Notes: generated by a model not told the origin, from the sequence alone. A stretch of 46,957 nucleotides of DNA from Candidatus Opitulatrix roisinitermitis (GCA_031288095.1 JAITSB010000051.1:1-46957); one strand, 5' to 3'; shown: positions 9,191 to 18,296, counted from the stretch's first letter. Numbers and translations: made by a program.

Positions 9191-9769
9191 ATGTCAAAAA
9201 CTCGTTTAGAAGCATTTAGCGATGCGGTCATAGCAATAGTTATAACTATTTTGGTTTTAGAATTAAAAATTCCTCAAGGAGAAAATATTCTAAACGGACT
9301 AGCTGAACTCAGACACCAATTTATAATTTACATTTTATCATTTATAACCATTGCTATTTACTGGATTAATCATCATCACTTATTTCAAGCCACAAAAGTT
9401 GTTACTGGAAGAGTTTTATGGTGTAATACTATTTTATTGCTATTTTTGTCGCTCTTTCCTTGGACCACTTCTTTTGTGACAGAATATCCTAACCATATAA
9501 TTCCTCAAATAACATATGCTTTAGTTATGCTTCTAGCTGATTTCACATGGTTTATTATGACAATATTTTTAGATAAAAGTAATCAAGCAGTGGCTATTTT
9601 ACGGGCTGATAAAAAATTATTTTTAACTTTTAGTTTAATAATTATAGGAATAGCCTTAACACCTCTTTTTGTTTATTCAGCTCTTATAGGCTGCGCCGTA
9701 TCATTGTTGCCTTGGATTATTCCAAGTAAAAAAATTGAAAAAGCTATAAATATTACCAACGACAACTAA
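9191..9769 (+). CDS. TMEM175-like (DUF1211) putative K+ channel
   Basis: 192 aa. N-terminal RLEAFSDAVIAIVITILVLE signature, 6 TM-like segments, and an AAGGAG Shine-Dalgarno sequence 7 nt upstream. Confidence 0.75.
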   Translation: MSKTRLEAFSDAVIAIVITILVLELKIPQGENILNGLAELRHQFIIYILSFITIAIYWINHHHLFQATKVVTGRVLWCNTILLLFLSLFPWTTSFVTEYPNHIIPQITYALVMLLADFTWFIMTIFLDKSNQAVAILRADKKLFLTFSLIIIGIALTPLFVYSALIGCAVSLLPWIIPSKKIEKAINITNDN

Positions 9770-9805
9770 TATTTTCAATAGTCAAAAAAAATATTTTTTG
9801 CGTAA

Positions 9806-9885
9806 TTTGGAAATATTTAAATTAACAATTCGGTAATAATTTTTTGGAACAGTGAGCGTTTTTTTTTTTTTGTAAAAATTTAACT
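9806..9885 (+). promoter_or_regulatory. conserved upstream cassette of the secreted-protein paralogue family (copy 1)
   Basis: GGTAATAATTTTTTGGAACAGTGAGCG-T13-GTAAAAATTTAACT-ATG. Identical to 46729-46783 except for the length of the T tract. The TAAAAAT -10-like box ends 6 nt before the ATG, a leaderless-type geometry. Confidence 0.5.
9859..9871 (+). repeat. homopolymeric T13 tract in the promoter cassette
   Basis: Counted directly. One of the two longest homopolymers I found in the window; the other is its T14 counterpart at 46756-46769. Confidence 0.9.
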
Positions 9886-10686
9886 ATGAATATTAATATG
9901 AGAGAATTGTTTGATATTAAAAATAAAGGTATTAAAAAGGTAGAAATTAAAAAACTTGACATAAGAAAATTAGGCATCTGGGGAATAATTTTTCTCTTAT
10001 GCACAACTTGCTTTATAAGCGGATTCAGCATAAACTCTTATGCTGCTTCATCTTCAACAGTTTTGCCTATTTCTCGCGGCGGCACAAATGCTAACACAGC
10101 AACCCAAGCATCCTCAAATATTCTAGGAGAAAATTTTGCTAATTACGGCGGCATTTTGCCTGTTGCCAAAGGCGGAACCAACGGTTCAAATTGGCTAACA
10201 GCTCAAAGAGGTATAAACTCACCCTATTCTTTTTGGTATCACCGCAAAGGGACTGATCCCCTTACAACTTATATAAGAATAACTGCTGTGGAATATGCAC
10301 CAGGAGGACCTTCCACAAACTGGAAAGGCACTTCTATAAGTGCTTTAATTAGCGGTTTAGGAGGCATGGGTCAAGAACAAAAAGTTCTGCTTTTGTCTGT
10401 GAGCGGAGGCTCATCTGAAACACCATATATAACGCTCAGAAGTTTATCAGGCAGCTGCAATAGCACTGCTCAATGGATTTATATGAAAAAAATTGAGCCG
10501 GCGGAGGGTGTATACGCTTTTGAATTTTGGGCAAGAGCAGTGCCATATATGGAAACCACTTGGGTTCAATATTTGCAAACTAGCACATCTCAGACCAGTA
10601 TTTCACTTCCTAGTCCTTCACAAATGGCTGAAGATAAAATTACTTTTGAGACTTCTTATCCTGCTTCATGCCCAACTTATACTTAA
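9886..10686 (+). CDS. secreted/surface hypothetical protein, paralogue family member 1 (signal peptide plus two GGTN motifs)
   Basis: 266 aa. Lys-rich N-terminus, hydrophobic LGIWGIIFLLCTTCFISGF, SYA-AS cleavage-like site, then LPISRGGTNANTATQASSNILG and LPVAKGGTNGSNWLTAQRGI. The N-terminus is paralogous to the truncated ORF at 46784. Confidence 0.6.
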   Translation: MNINMRELFDIKNKGIKKVEIKKLDIRKLGIWGIIFLLCTTCFISGFSINSYAASSSTVLPISRGGTNANTATQASSNILGENFANYGGILPVAKGGTNGSNWLTAQRGINSPYSFWYHRKGTDPLTTYIRITAVEYAPGGPSTNWKGTSISALISGLGGMGQEQKVLLLSVSGGSSETPYITLRSLSGSCNSTAQWIYMKKIEPAEGVYAFEFWARAVPYMETTWVQYLQTSTSQTSISLPSPSQMAEDKITFETSYPASCPTYT

Positions 10687-11252
10687 CAATTATGTTCAAA
10701 ACTCGTATTTAAATTAACTCCGCAATTAGAACACAGCCCTTTGCAGCCTTCGCCGCAAATAGGATTATAATCTATATTTGAACCAACAGTATCGAAAATA
10801 ATCGGTTCTAAATTTATTATATTACCCCACAACTGATAAGTTTCGCAATCTTCATTTTTATTATTTTGTTCTGTAAAGAAAGCCGTAAATTCGTTAATTA
10901 TTGTTTTATCTGTCAGTCCTGCTAAACATCTAGAACATTGCCCTTGCAGTTTATAAAAAATTTTTCCTTTCAAATAATAACCTAATTTAGCATTAGTGGC
11001 TGTAAATTCTAATTTAACAGGATATGTATTATCTAATTTAATAAGACTATTGCCAATATTATCTGTAAACTCGCCGGTTATTACAAAATCTTTATAAGAA
11101 GCCTGAGAAAATTGCAAACTATATAGATCAATAGAAAATTTACTATTATAGGGAGGTTTCACATTATTAGAAAATTTGCTATTATAAGAAGGCTTTACAT
11201 TATTAGAAAATTCACTTCTATTTAGCTTACTCTTTTTGACCATCTTTAACAA
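10683..11252 (-). CDS. DUF177 (YceD-like) protein with N-terminal tandem repeat
   Basis: 189 aa. C-terminal CGEGCKGLCSNCGVNLN...HNC metal-binding signature of the YceD family. Its stop overlaps the stop of the convergent gene (TTAA). Confidence 0.75.
   Translation of the reverse strand: MLKMVKKSKLNRSEFSNNVKPSYNSKFSNNVKPPYNSKFSIDLYSLQFSQASYKDFVITGEFTDNIGNSLIKLDNTYPVKLEFTATNAKLGYYLKGKIFYKLQGQCSRCLAGLTDKTIINEFTAFFTEQNNKNEDCETYQLWGNIINLEPIIFDTVGSNIDYNPICGEGCKGLCSNCGVNLNTSFEHNC
11133..11215 (-). repeat. in-frame 36-nt tandem repeat x2.3 (FSNNVKPSYNSK / FSNNVKPPYNSK) inside the DUF177 gene
   Basis: Units at 11133-11168 and 11169-11204, with a partial third unit. Confidence 0.85.
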
Positions 11253-11268
11253 ATATTATTTATCTAAA

Positions 11269-11700
11269 TTATTTATGTCCAGTTGAGCCAAATCCGCCGT
11301 CTGATCTATCTGTTTCATCCAACTGATCACGCCACTGAAAATCAGCTAATTGAATCTCTTGAATAATTAACTGGGCAATTCTAGTTCCTGCTTCCAAAAA
11401 AATTTTTTGTTTACTAGCATTATATAAAATTATTAAAAACTCGCCCCTATAGCCGCTATCAACAGTGCCTGGAGCATTTAAAACTGTCAAACCCTTTTTT
11501 AAAGCTAAACCAGATCTCGGGTGTATTAACCCGACATAACCATGAGGAATAGCTCCCACTAGCCCTGTAGGCACAGCCTTCCATGAAAATGCTTCCAGCT
11601 GAGTGTCCTCCACAGAATATAAATCAGCTCCAGCATCAGCCTGATTTGCCCGTTTAGGTAATTTAGCTAAAGGATGTATTTTTTTAAATGGTATAATCAT
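11269..11700 (-). CDS. dut: dUTP diphosphatase
   Basis: 143 aa. AGADLYS, GTVDSGYRGE and the C-terminal RSDGGFGSTG motif. Confidence 0.95.
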   Translation of the reverse strand: MIIPFKKIHPLAKLPKRANQADAGADLYSVEDTQLEAFSWKAVPTGLVGAIPHGYVGLIHPRSGLALKKGLTVLNAPGTVDSGYRGEFLIILYNASKQKIFLEAGTRIAQLIIQEIQLADFQWRDQLDETDRSDGGFGSTGHK

Positions 11701-11751
11701 ATCTTTTATTTAAATAATTCAATTAATTCATAAATAATTTTTTATTTTAGA

Positions 11752-12006
11752 CTAAATACAATCTTTACAAACTGACAATTTTCCATCCATTTTGCCTAAT
11801 TGAGATTTATGCCTAACTAGAAAACATTGTGAACAGGTGAATTCGTCCTCTTGTGGCGGCACTACGTCTATATCAACACCCGCAGTGCTAATTTCATCTA
11901 CTGGAGCTAAATATTCAGCTGACAAAGGCAAGTCGTCAGTTAAATTAGAGTTTGGTTTAATAGTTTTTTGACTTTTTTTCATATTATGTATCCTTGCTGC
12001 TGCCAT
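11752..12006 (-). CDS. DUF4193 family protein
   Basis: 84 aa. FTCSQCFLVRHKSQL...VCKDC zinc-ribbon-like C-terminus. Adjacent to dut, as is usual in Actinomycetota. Confidence 0.7.
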   Translation of the reverse strand: MAAARIHNMKKSQKTIKPNSNLTDDLPLSAEYLAPVDEISTAGVDIDVVPPQEDEFTCSQCFLVRHKSQLGKMDGKLSVCKDCI

Positions 12007-12141
12007 CTACTTTTGATCTGTCATATTTTTTAGCCATAAATATAAATTACCATATATAAATCTGGATGTCAAGCATTTTTCAAACAATTCAAACAATTAT
12101 ATTAAATAACTTTTAGTTATCTTTTTTATTTTTTAAACTTG

Positions 12142-12147
12142 TATAAT
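12142..12147 (+). promoter_or_regulatory. TATAAT -10 box exactly 6 nt upstream of the ligA ATG (leaderless-type promoter)
   Basis: TTGTATAAT-TAAATT-ATG with no Shine-Dalgarno sequence. The predicted +1 coincides with the A of the start codon. Confidence 0.4.
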
Positions 12148-12153
12148 TAAATT

Positions 12154-14445
12154 ATGCTAGATGAAGAATTTAATGAAAAAATAAATGAATTGCTCCATGC
12201 TGCAAAACTATATTATCATTCAAACAAAAAGTCTCCTTTATCTGATGAAGAATACGATTTAAAAATAAATTATCTAAAAAAAGAAGTTCTGGAAAATCCT
12301 GCTTTGGCGACTGATAACTATTATAAACTATTAAATCAAGTGGCAGGCGGAACAAAAAACGCTAACGCTGAAGTCCATTTCAAGGTTCCCATGCTCTCAC
12401 TCGCTAAAGCATCTGATAACCAAGCAGTTGAATCCTTTTTAGAAAAAACTAAAATCGCTGGGGCTGAAAATAAAGGCTGGATTTTGGAATCAAAACTAGA
12501 TGGCGTAGCTATTGCTCTAAGATATAAAAATGGAAAATTAAACCAAGTTATAACTCGTTCATCTGGCGAAATTGGCATGGATATAACAAATAATTTATTT
12601 GAATTATTTAATAATGACTATATTTATATAAAAGGCTTGCCTTTACACTTATCAGATAAACTAAAAAATAAAACTATTGAATTAAGGGGAGAAATTTTTA
12701 TGACCTTAGAACAATTTCAAAAAACTAATGCTATTCGTTCTAAAGACTCTGAAAATACTTATAATAATCCCCGTAATGCTGTAGCTGGCATTATAAATTC
12801 AAAAGTTTCCACACTGATTAGCAAAACTGATAAAAATAAATCAAAATTGGTAGACCAGGGAGAACTATTCTCCTTTAATAATTCGGCAAATCTAAAAATG
12901 GAAGAAAATCATAATTATAAATCATATGCCACTTTTTTATGCTACTCTTATATTTCGGATTTTGACTTTGATTTAGCCTTTACACAAAATTATGGCTTTT
13001 TAAGCGTTTTATATATAACTCGACAAATTCTAAATTATAATAAGCCTTATTTTGATAATAAAAAAATTATGTCTGATATTAAACTCTATGGCAAAAAATT
13101 AATTCGAGACAATGACTATGGGAAATTCATTGATTCGGGCATTGGAAAAATATTTACTGATGGAATAGTAGTTAAATGCATAGATGATAAACTAATTAGC
13201 CAAGAATTAGGCTCTACTGAACATCATCCAAATTCCCAAATAGCTTATAAATATATGAATGACGATGATATGGCAACAACTCATATTTCAGATATTGAAA
13301 TCTCAGTAGGCAGAACTGGAAGGCTGTCTATTCGGGGCAAACTTTCTCCGCAAGTTCATCTATACGGTTCAAAAATTGAATACGCCACTTTACACAATTT
13401 CGACTGGCTGCAAAAAAAAGATGTTCGTATCGGTTCGACTGTTGCGGTTATAAAAGCTAATGATGTGATTCCTTACATAGCGGCAGTTTTAGATAATCCA
13501 GCGGAGAGCAAACCATATAAAACCCCCGAGGTTTGCCCTTTATGCGAAACGCCGCTTGATAAAAAAACACTGCTTTGGCGCTGCCCTAACAATTTATGCC
13601 CTTCACGCGGCATAACTGCTTTAGAAACTGCTGTAAGCAAAAATTATTTAGATATAGATTCTTTATCCAAAAAAACACTTGAGGCGGTATATAATTCTGG
13701 ATTAGTTAAAGATATTGCTGATATTTTCAAACTTAGCGTTGACGATTTAGCCAATTTGCCAACTGGCAATACTTATGATTCAGACAAAGGTGTCTATCAA
13801 AAAGAATCGTTATTTGATATAGATTGGAGCCCTAAAATAGGCAAAAACTATCATAGGGCCGGTGAATATATACCTTTGGGAAAAACTACTGCTATAACTA
13901 TATATAATTCTATTCAAAAAGCTAAAAACATTCCTTTTGAAAGGCTTTTAGCTTCGCTGAATATTCCGCTTTTAGGAAAAAAAATTGGCAAAAGTTTAGT
14001 TAAAAAATTTGGAACTATGGATAAATTACTTCTGGCGACAAAAGAAGAATTAGAAAGCGTTGATCTAATTAGTTCTAGAAAATCAGCCGAAATAATAATG
14101 GGTTTAAAGTTAAGACAGCCTCTTATAAAAAAACTAAAATCTGCCGGTGTGAATATGGGAGTTAATGCCCAAAAAAATAATCAAAACACTCAAAATAATA
14201 TTTTTGAAAATCAAATTATTGTAGTTTCTGGTTCTATACCTGGATATACCAGAGATGAAGTAGCTGATTTAATTGAATTATTAGGCGGAAAATATACTAC
14301 TTCTGTGACTAGTAAAACCACTTTGTTAGTATCTGAAAAAAATGAAAATTCCAGCAAATTTAAAAAAGCCTTAGAAAATAATACAAAAATTATTGCACCC
14401 AGCCAATTTTTGGAACTTATAAACAAAACTAATGAAAAATTATAA
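12154..14445 (+). CDS. ligA: NAD-dependent DNA ligase (longer than typical, with insertions)
   Basis: 763 aa. Ia domain LSDEEYD, adenylation ESKLDG, NPRNAVAG, Zn finger CPLCETPL...CPNNLCPSR, and a C-terminal BRCT domain (IVVSGSIPGYTRDEVADLIELLGGKYTTSVTSKTTLLV). Confidence 0.9.
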   Translation: MLDEEFNEKINELLHAAKLYYHSNKKSPLSDEEYDLKINYLKKEVLENPALATDNYYKLLNQVAGGTKNANAEVHFKVPMLSLAKASDNQAVESFLEKTKIAGAENKGWILESKLDGVAIALRYKNGKLNQVITRSSGEIGMDITNNLFELFNNDYIYIKGLPLHLSDKLKNKTIELRGEIFMTLEQFQKTNAIRSKDSENTYNNPRNAVAGIINSKVSTLISKTDKNKSKLVDQGELFSFNNSANLKMEENHNYKSYATFLCYSYISDFDFDLAFTQNYGFLSVLYITRQILNYNKPYFDNKKIMSDIKLYGKKLIRDNDYGKFIDSGIGKIFTDGIVVKCIDDKLISQELGSTEHHPNSQIAYKYMNDDDMATTHISDIEISVGRTGRLSIRGKLSPQVHLYGSKIEYATLHNFDWLQKKDVRIGSTVAVIKANDVIPYIAAVLDNPAESKPYKTPEVCPLCETPLDKKTLLWRCPNNLCPSRGITALETAVSKNYLDIDSLSKKTLEAVYNSGLVKDIADIFKLSVDDLANLPTGNTYDSDKGVYQKESLFDIDWSPKIGKNYHRAGEYIPLGKTTAITIYNSIQKAKNIPFERLLASLNIPLLGKKIGKSLVKKFGTMDKLLLATKEELESVDLISSRKSAEIIMGLKLRQPLIKKLKSAGVNMGVNAQKNNQNTQNNIFENQIIVVSGSIPGYTRDEVADLIELLGGKYTTSVTSKTTLLVSEKNENSSKFKKALENNTKIIAPSQFLELINKTNEKL

Positions 14446-15136
14446 AGTTATTTTAGCATCTAAATCAATCGGTCGATTTAAAACTCTTAAATCGGCTGGC
14501 ATAACGCCCTACGTTTTATCACCCGAATTAGACGAATCTTTAATTATCAAAAAAACTGCCAAAGGCAGACGGCTAAATACCAAAAAAGCTGTCCAAATTT
14601 TAGCCAAAGCTAAAGGCGAAGAAGCTGTTAAAATGCTAAACAGCAAAATATCAAATGACGAAATATCTAATGTAAATGGCGAAATGTCTAATGTAAATGG
14701 CGAAATATCTAATGCCAAAATTTTGCTGGCAGGAGATTCTCTTTTTGAATTTCATCATAAAGTTTTTGGCAAACCGAAAAATTATGAAATTGCTAAAAAA
14801 CGGCTTAAAGCCATGAGCGGAAAAACTGGCAATTTATTTTCAGCTATTTATATCTACAACATAAAATCTAAAACTGAAGCATTAATAGTTGACCAAGCAA
14901 AAGTCACCATAAGCTCCTTAGATGACGAAGATATTGAAAATTATCTATCAACCGGCGAGCCATATTTAGTGGCAGGAGGGTTCACTATTGACGGATTAGG
15001 CGGGCCTTTTATAAAAAAAGTAAATGGCGACCCGCACACCGTTATAGGCATGCCTCTGCCTGCTTTACGCTTAGCACTAAAAAAAATGAATATTGAATGG
15101 TTTGAAATATTAGACAAAGTCCAAAATATTGGATAA
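14432..15136 (+). CDS. maf: Maf-like nucleoside triphosphate pyrophosphatase with repeat insertion
   Basis: 234 aa. ILASKSIGRFKTL..., GKP...A, GFTIDGLGGPFI. Overlaps the ligA stop by 14 nt. Confidence 0.8.
   Translation: MKNYKVILASKSIGRFKTLKSAGITPYVLSPELDESLIIKKTAKGRRLNTKKAVQILAKAKGEEAVKMLNSKISNDEISNVNGEMSNVNGEISNAKILLAGDSLFEFHHKVFGKPKNYEIAKKRLKAMSGKTGNLFSAIYIYNIKSKTEALIVDQAKVTISSLDDEDIENYLSTGEPYLVAGGFTIDGLGGPFIKKVNGDPHTVIGMPLPALRLALKKMNIEWFEILDKVQNIG
14660..14716 (+). repeat. in-frame 21-nt tandem repeat x2.7 (EISNVNG / EMSNVNG / EISNA) inside maf
   Basis: Units at 14660-14680 and 14681-14701, partial unit at 14702-14716. Confidence 0.85.
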
Positions 15137-15158
15137 TCCTAAGATATTAAATGAAGAC

Positions 15159-16817
15159 CTACATTCTTTCAGGAGCGCTAACCCCTAAAAGAGATAAACC
15201 GTTTTTCAAAATCTGCGCTGTGGCGTTATTCAAGGCCAATCTAGCAATATGAATAGGTTCTATTTCAGATTTAGTATTAGGCAAAACACGTAAATGTGAA
15301 TAAAATGCGTGATATTTACGAGCTAAGTCTTCTAAATACCTAGCAACCCTATGAATTTCATATTTTTTAGCAGCTATTTCAAGGATTGACGGGTATAGCG
15401 CTAAAGTGGTCAATAGGTCTTTTTCAGAAGATTTTTGCAAAAAGGATAAATCAAATTCTCTAGCTTGAATTTTTTTAGGCAAAATATTATCCAGAGCATA
15501 AGCATTTTTCACAACATTGCAGCACCTAGCATAAGCATATTGCACATAATAAACCGGGTTTTCATTAGTATGGAGCACTATTAGGTCTAAATCTAGGTCT
15601 ATTGGTGTATTAACCGAAGACCTTATTAAAGAATACCTAGCAGCGTCAACTCCAACTGTGGCTATCAAATTATCCAAAGTTATAATATTCCCTGCCCTTT
15701 TAGAAAGTTTGACAGCTTTTCCATCTTTTATAATATTGACAAACTGCCCTATAAGAAATTTTATATTTTCTTCGTTGTCGCCATAAGCTTTAGCAGCGGC
15801 TTGAAGCCTGCCAATATAACCATGATGGTCTATACCTAACATATATACACAAGTTTTAAAACCTCTTTCTCTTTTATTTTTATAATAGGCCACATCAGCC
15901 GCAAAATAGGACCATTGCTCATTTGATTTTCGCAAAACTCGGTCTTTATCATCGCCAAATTCAGATGTTTTTAACCATAAAGCCGAATCTTTTTCGTAAA
16001 TAAAACCTCTAGAATTTAACTCTTCTATAGCTTTTTCAACTTGACCTGTTTTATACAAACTATTTTCATGAAAAAACACATCAAAATTGGTGCCAAAAGT
16101 ATGCAAGGACTGTTTAATTTGTTCAAACATAAGTTCAACTGCTCGAGCTCTAACTTGTTCATAAATTTCAGCTTGGGGTTTATTTTGAAATTCAGGCATT
16201 ATTTTGTCAGCCAAATCAACTATATATTGTCCATCATAGCCGTCTTCTGGCAAAGGCTTTCCATAATATTTAGCAATTATAGAATTGACAAAATTATCAA
16301 TTTGAGCGCCGTGATCATTAAAATAATACTCTTTCACCACTTTGGCTCCTTGCGAAAGCAGCAAATTGCCCAAAGAATCCCCCACTGCCGCCCATCTGGT
16401 TCCGCCAATATGTAAAGGTCCTGTTGGATTAGCTGAAACAAATTCTAAATTAATGTTCTCATTTTGCAAAATCTGACTTTTGCCAAAATCTTCTTTCTGC
16501 TGCAAAATATTTTCGACAACACTGCTTCTAGCTTGCTTTTTTAATCTAATATTCAAAAAACCTGGACCGGCCACATCTATTTTATCTATTTTAGAATTTT
16601 CTAAAAGTTTTTCAACAATTTTTTCAGCTAAATTCTTTGGATTAGACCGAAACTGCTTAGCATATATTAAAGCTGCATTAGTTGCCCAATCCCCGTATTC
16701 CTCTAATTTTGGTTTTATAACAGCTAATTTTTCTAAATTTACTAACTTTATATTATCTAGTTTAGCCAAAGATAATAATATATTTTTAATATAAGCTAAT
16801 AATTCCTCAGGCTGCAC
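15159..16817 (-). CDS. argS: arginine--tRNA ligase
   Basis: 552 aa. SANPTGPLHIGG (HIGH motif), a class I fold pattern and an anticodon-binding C-terminus ending in ...RM. Confidence 0.95.
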   Translation of the reverse strand: MQPEELLAYIKNILLSLAKLDNIKLVNLEKLAVIKPKLEEYGDWATNAALIYAKQFRSNPKNLAEKIVEKLLENSKIDKIDVAGPGFLNIRLKKQARSSVVENILQQKEDFGKSQILQNENINLEFVSANPTGPLHIGGTRWAAVGDSLGNLLLSQGAKVVKEYYFNDHGAQIDNFVNSIIAKYYGKPLPEDGYDGQYIVDLADKIMPEFQNKPQAEIYEQVRARAVELMFEQIKQSLHTFGTNFDVFFHENSLYKTGQVEKAIEELNSRGFIYEKDSALWLKTSEFGDDKDRVLRKSNEQWSYFAADVAYYKNKRERGFKTCVYMLGIDHHGYIGRLQAAAKAYGDNEENIKFLIGQFVNIIKDGKAVKLSKRAGNIITLDNLIATVGVDAARYSLIRSSVNTPIDLDLDLIVLHTNENPVYYVQYAYARCCNVVKNAYALDNILPKKIQAREFDLSFLQKSSEKDLLTTLALYPSILEIAAKKYEIHRVARYLEDLARKYHAFYSHLRVLPNTKSEIEPIHIARLALNNATAQILKNGLSLLGVSAPERM

Positions 16818-16833
16818 TTATTCTAACCCGCAA

Positions 16834-17442
16834 TTATTTCAAGCCCATAAGTTTAACAACTTTTTCAACAGCAATAGATAATTCGTCATTTATAACTACA
16901 TAATCAAATTCGCCGTCAGCGGTCATTTCTATTTTGGCAGTTTCTAGTCTACGTAATTGTTCATCAAAATCTTCGGTTGCTCGAATTTTTTGTCTTTCAA
17001 CAAGTGTATCAAAATTAGGCGGTGCTAAAAAAATAAATCGAGAATTAGGTAAAAGCCTTCTAATAGTTCTTGCTCCTTGTAAATCTATTTCTAAAAGAAC
17101 TTTTTTACCAGCCCTAACAGCCTCTAAAACAGGTGCCAAAGCTGTGCCATAATAATACTGATTATGAACTTTAGCCCATTCTAAAAATTCGTGTTTTTCT
17201 ATTAAATCAAGAAACTTCTCTTGGGAAACATTTTTATAATGAACTCCTTCAATTTCACCAGGTCTGAGTTTTCTGTTAGTGTAAGATACGCTAACAAAAG
17301 CTTCTTTATATTTTTTTCTAATAGCCGATGATATAGACCCTTTGCCAACAGCTGTCGGACCCGCCAAAATAGTTATTCTATTATTTTTTTGAAGTTGGTC
17401 TAGCTGCTTTATTTTATCATTTTTCAACTGTTCTACTAACAT
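16834..17442 (-). CDS. gmk: guanylate kinase
   Basis: 202 aa. P-loop GPTAVGKGS, ...SYTNRKLRPGEIEGVHY... Confidence 0.9.
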   Translation of the reverse strand: MLVEQLKNDKIKQLDQLQKNNRITILAGPTAVGKGSISSAIRKKYKEAFVSVSYTNRKLRPGEIEGVHYKNVSQEKFLDLIEKHEFLEWAKVHNQYYYGTALAPVLEAVRAGKKVLLEIDLQGARTIRRLLPNSRFIFLAPPNFDTLVERQKIRATEDFDEQLRRLETAKIEMTADGEFDYVVINDELSIAVEKVVKLMGLK

Positions 17443-17515
17443 TTTCCTGTCCTCTATTTATAATATCTTTTTACAATTACTTTCTTTGATTCACTGTTAT
17501 TCATTACAATAAATT

Positions 17516-18289
17516 TTATTCTTGAGTAATTCTTTTTTTTAATTGTTCAATGGTCGAACTGGAAATCCCCAAATCGCCAATATAATTGTCAATACTGCCA
17601 TAAATAACACTAACTTCTTCTAAAGCTGACTGCAAATAAGTTATGTCCACCCCTAAAGCTGGTTTTTGCTCTTCAAAACTATCCCTATTATGAAAAGGAA
17701 TAGTTTTCCATAAATCCTTAGCCGATTTATTAGATAACAAATAATCGTCTATAATTGTGTCCTGACTTGTGCCAGCTATATTATGGCATAAAACAGCTGT
17801 CCAGCCTGTTCTATCTTTTCCAGCTGTGCAGTGAAAAAGGGGGTATTTATAATTAGCTAAAACTTCTAAAACTTCACCAAATATTAAACGAATCCTTTTA
17901 ACTGAAACAAATTTTTTATAAAATGCCCTCATAATAAAAATCTGTTTTTCAATAGGATTGTTAGTTTTTTTAGCCTCATCTAATATTTTGCTAACATCAG
18001 CTGATATATTTTCTTCCACAGCTGTGTCAATAGGCAAAAAAACGCGCTCTATTCCTTTAGGAAGTCTATCAGCGCCGTCGCGGTCTATTTCCTCAGCCGA
18101 CCGCAAATCTACTACAACATCAACTCCTAATTCCAGAATTTTATCTTTGCCATCATTTGTCAAATGTGAAAGCAAAGCGGTACGCAATAATTTATGCGGC
18201 AAAATAGGCGACGCTTTATAATATGCGCCTATATCACGGACATTGAAAGTTCCTGGTATTGCTACTTCATCTAGATAGTCAATTGACAT
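17516..18289 (-). CDS. protein-tyrosine phosphatase family protein (CX5R)
   Basis: 257 aa with the catalytic loop HCTAGKDRTG. Confidence 0.75.
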   Translation of the reverse strand: MSIDYLDEVAIPGTFNVRDIGAYYKASPILPHKLLRTALLSHLTNDGKDKILELGVDVVVDLRSAEEIDRDGADRLPKGIERVFLPIDTAVEENISADVSKILDEAKKTNNPIEKQIFIMRAFYKKFVSVKRIRLIFGEVLEVLANYKYPLFHCTAGKDRTGWTAVLCHNIAGTSQDTIIDDYLLSNKSAKDLWKTIPFHNRDSFEEQKPALGVDITYLQSALEEVSVIYGSIDNYIGDLGISSSTIEQLKKRITQE

Positions 18290-18296
18290 TATTTAT

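Noticed and set aside
9822-10031. Minus-strand ORF 9822-10031 and its look-alike 46624-46863, which give similar hydrophobic peptides and might suggest a conserved antisense gene
   Set aside because: The similarity follows from the duplicated DNA cassette. The ORFs span the poly-T tract (read as KKKK) and the promoter, and they run antisense to a signal-peptide coding region. No independent coding evidence.
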